This document shows positions 62,172 through 64,000 of a DNA stretch of 64,000 bases, piece by piece (positions within the stretch are counted from its first letter, which is position 1; every line of letters begins with the position of its first letter). The notes below the pieces were generated by a model, which made no database searches, had not been told where the DNA came from, and saw only the letters and a program-made list of their open reading frames with translations. Made by a program: the position numbers and the translations under genes. The DNA is from Balamuthia mandrillaris (taxonomy: Eukaryota), in contig JAVKOQ020000037.1 of assembly GCA_031835245.2 (NCBI GenBank), forward strand, positions 186,001-250,000, read 5' to 3'.

Positions 62172-64000
62172 ATGGCCGAGAAGGAAGAGATCGTGAAGAA
62201 AAAGAAGCAAGAGTCTGAGGAGGAGAGCAGCAGCCAAGGCGAGAGCGAGAGCGAGAGCGAAAGCGCCAGCGCAACCGAGAGCGACGAGGAGGAAGAGGAG
62301 GAGGAAGAGACCAAGAAGAAGGAAGAGAAGAAGGAAGAGAAAAAGGAAGAGAAGAAGGAAGAGAAGAAGGAAGAAAAAGTGGAGAAGGAAGAGAAGAAGG
62401 AAGAGAAAGTGGAGAAGAAAGAAGAAAAAGCGGAGAAGGAAGAGAAGAAAGAAGAGAAGAAGGACGAGAAGAAGGAAGAGAAAGTGGAAAAGAAAAAGAA
62501 AGAAGAGCCCAAAAAGAAAGAGACCTCCGAGGAGTCTGAAGAGTCCGAAGAAGAAGAGGAGAAAGAAAAGGAAAAGGACAAGAAAGCTGCCAAAGACAAG
62601 AAACCAGAAGCCGCCTCCAAAGCGGCTGCCTCCTCTTCCGCCACCAAAGACAAGGGCAAAGAGAAGGTACCCGACTTGAAGAAAGCTGCCTCTCCTCGCA
62701 GCAACGACAAAGACAACAAGGGCAAGGGCAAGGGCAAGGACAAGAGGGACAGGAGCGATTCCGGCAAGAGCGATGCGGAGAGGCTGCCCTCTCCTGGTCG
62801 TCAGCGCGTTGGGCCTCGTCCTGGAAAGCTCTATCTTGTCGGTAAGTTTTTTTTGTCCTTCCATTTGTTGTTTTTTTGCTGACGAACAAACAATAGTTGC
62901 CGAGGCAAGGAATCTTGCATCCAAGAATATCTTCTTTGATAGGAGTACGCTTTTCCCCTCTTCTTCCTTTCTTGTCGTTTCTCTCTCTCTCTCTCTCTCT
63001 CTGTCTCGTTATCTTTTGTTTTGTTTTGCTTACTTCTCCTCCTCTTTCTAACGACCTTGAAACATCAAACAGAGTCCTCAGATCCATACGCCGTCATCCA
63101 AATCGACGACGGAGAGAAGAAAGAAAAGCAACAGCGAGTCTACAAGTCCAAAGTCCTTCCTAAAGCGCTGGACCCCAACTGGAACGAGGGTAGCAAAATC
63201 TTTGATGTCACTCCAAAGGACAAACGCGTCAAGGTCTCCCTCTGGAACAGCAATAAAGTGCGCTCGGATGACTTTATGGGCGTGGTCACGTTTGATATGG
63301 ACGAGGTCAACAGCGGCGTCCCCTTCGAGGATTGGTACCCCCTTCGCTCTCGCGAGGGCAAGAAGGACAAGGTCAAAGGCGAGCTCCACATCCAGCTCCT
63401 CTTCCTCGAGGTAGACGACAAGCTGTTGGGCGAGGAGTTTTCCTACCCCCTTCACACCTTCATCCGCAAGCGCAAGCTCCACATCGTACAAAAGCTGTTG
63501 GAGCAGAAGCAGTCCTCACTGAAGAAGGACGCCTTTGCCGAGTACATCTCCCAGCTGGACGCTGAGGGACACACTCCTTTGCACGTGGCCGCCGCCACAC
63601 GCATGCCCGACGCCGTGGAACTCCTCTTAAAATTCGGCGCCGATGCCAATGCCAAAGGCAATGACCCCAAGAAGCAAACCCCGCTCCATTTGGCCTGCTG
63701 CTTCTCCTTTGAGAGCGCTGAGATCCTCATCGCGCACAAGGCTAAAGTCACCACCAAGGACAAGGACGGCAACTTGCCCATTCACATGGCGGCCGCGCAT
63801 GACCAGCCAGGCTCCATCGAGGAGCTGTTAGCGGCCGACAAGACCGTCATCAACGAGCAGAACAAGGCTCATGGAGATACGCCGCTTCACCTGGCCATCA
63901 AAGCCAAAGCCTTCCTGGCTTTGAAGACGTTGGTGGAGCATGGGGCCGATATTTATATTAAGAACAAGGATGGACAGACCTGTGGAGAGGCAGCAGCTGC
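62172..64000 (+). CDS. C2-domain and ankyrin-repeat protein with a charged N-terminus; runs off the window end
   Basis: SDPYAVIQI...KALDPNWNE...VSLWNSNKVRSDDFMG (C2), followed by GHTPLHVAA, QTPLHLAC, GNLPIHMAA and GDTPLHLAI ankyrins. Confidence 0.88.

Overview
This is gene-dense, intron-rich eukaryotic nuclear DNA. Introns are short, mostly GT-AG, and filled with (CT)n and other microsatellites. Gene content, a DUSE-like snRNA promoter element and giant-virus-style ankyrin genes suggest an amoebozoan of the Acanthamoeba/Balamuthia type (inference). About 22 protein-coding loci can be supported. Recognisable ones are a USP (partial), RasGAP-3xSAM, a Zn(II)2Cys6 factor with a His-rich tail, SAP/F-box/LRR, mitochondrial Lon, RPS13, FANCI, a PH-domain protein, HOGA1, TRM44, an SthA-type transhydrogenase, a WDR59-like protein, RapGAP and a C2-ankyrin protein (partial). 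There is also a U3 snoRNA on the minus strand that the ORF track hides. Main leads: (1) four phased TFIIIC B-box/T-loop motifs filling the HOGA1-TRM44 bidirectional promoter with no tRNA gene; (2) an unassigned, strongly folded ~180-nt candidate Pol III RNA at 3851-4031; (3) a bacterial-type soluble transhydrogenase that has gained introns and a mitochondrial-type presequence; (4) a WDR59-like WD40-RWD protein fused in frame to a TLDc domain; (5) broken F-box/CPW-ankyrin genes. Exon joins and folds were read by eye and no database searches were run.
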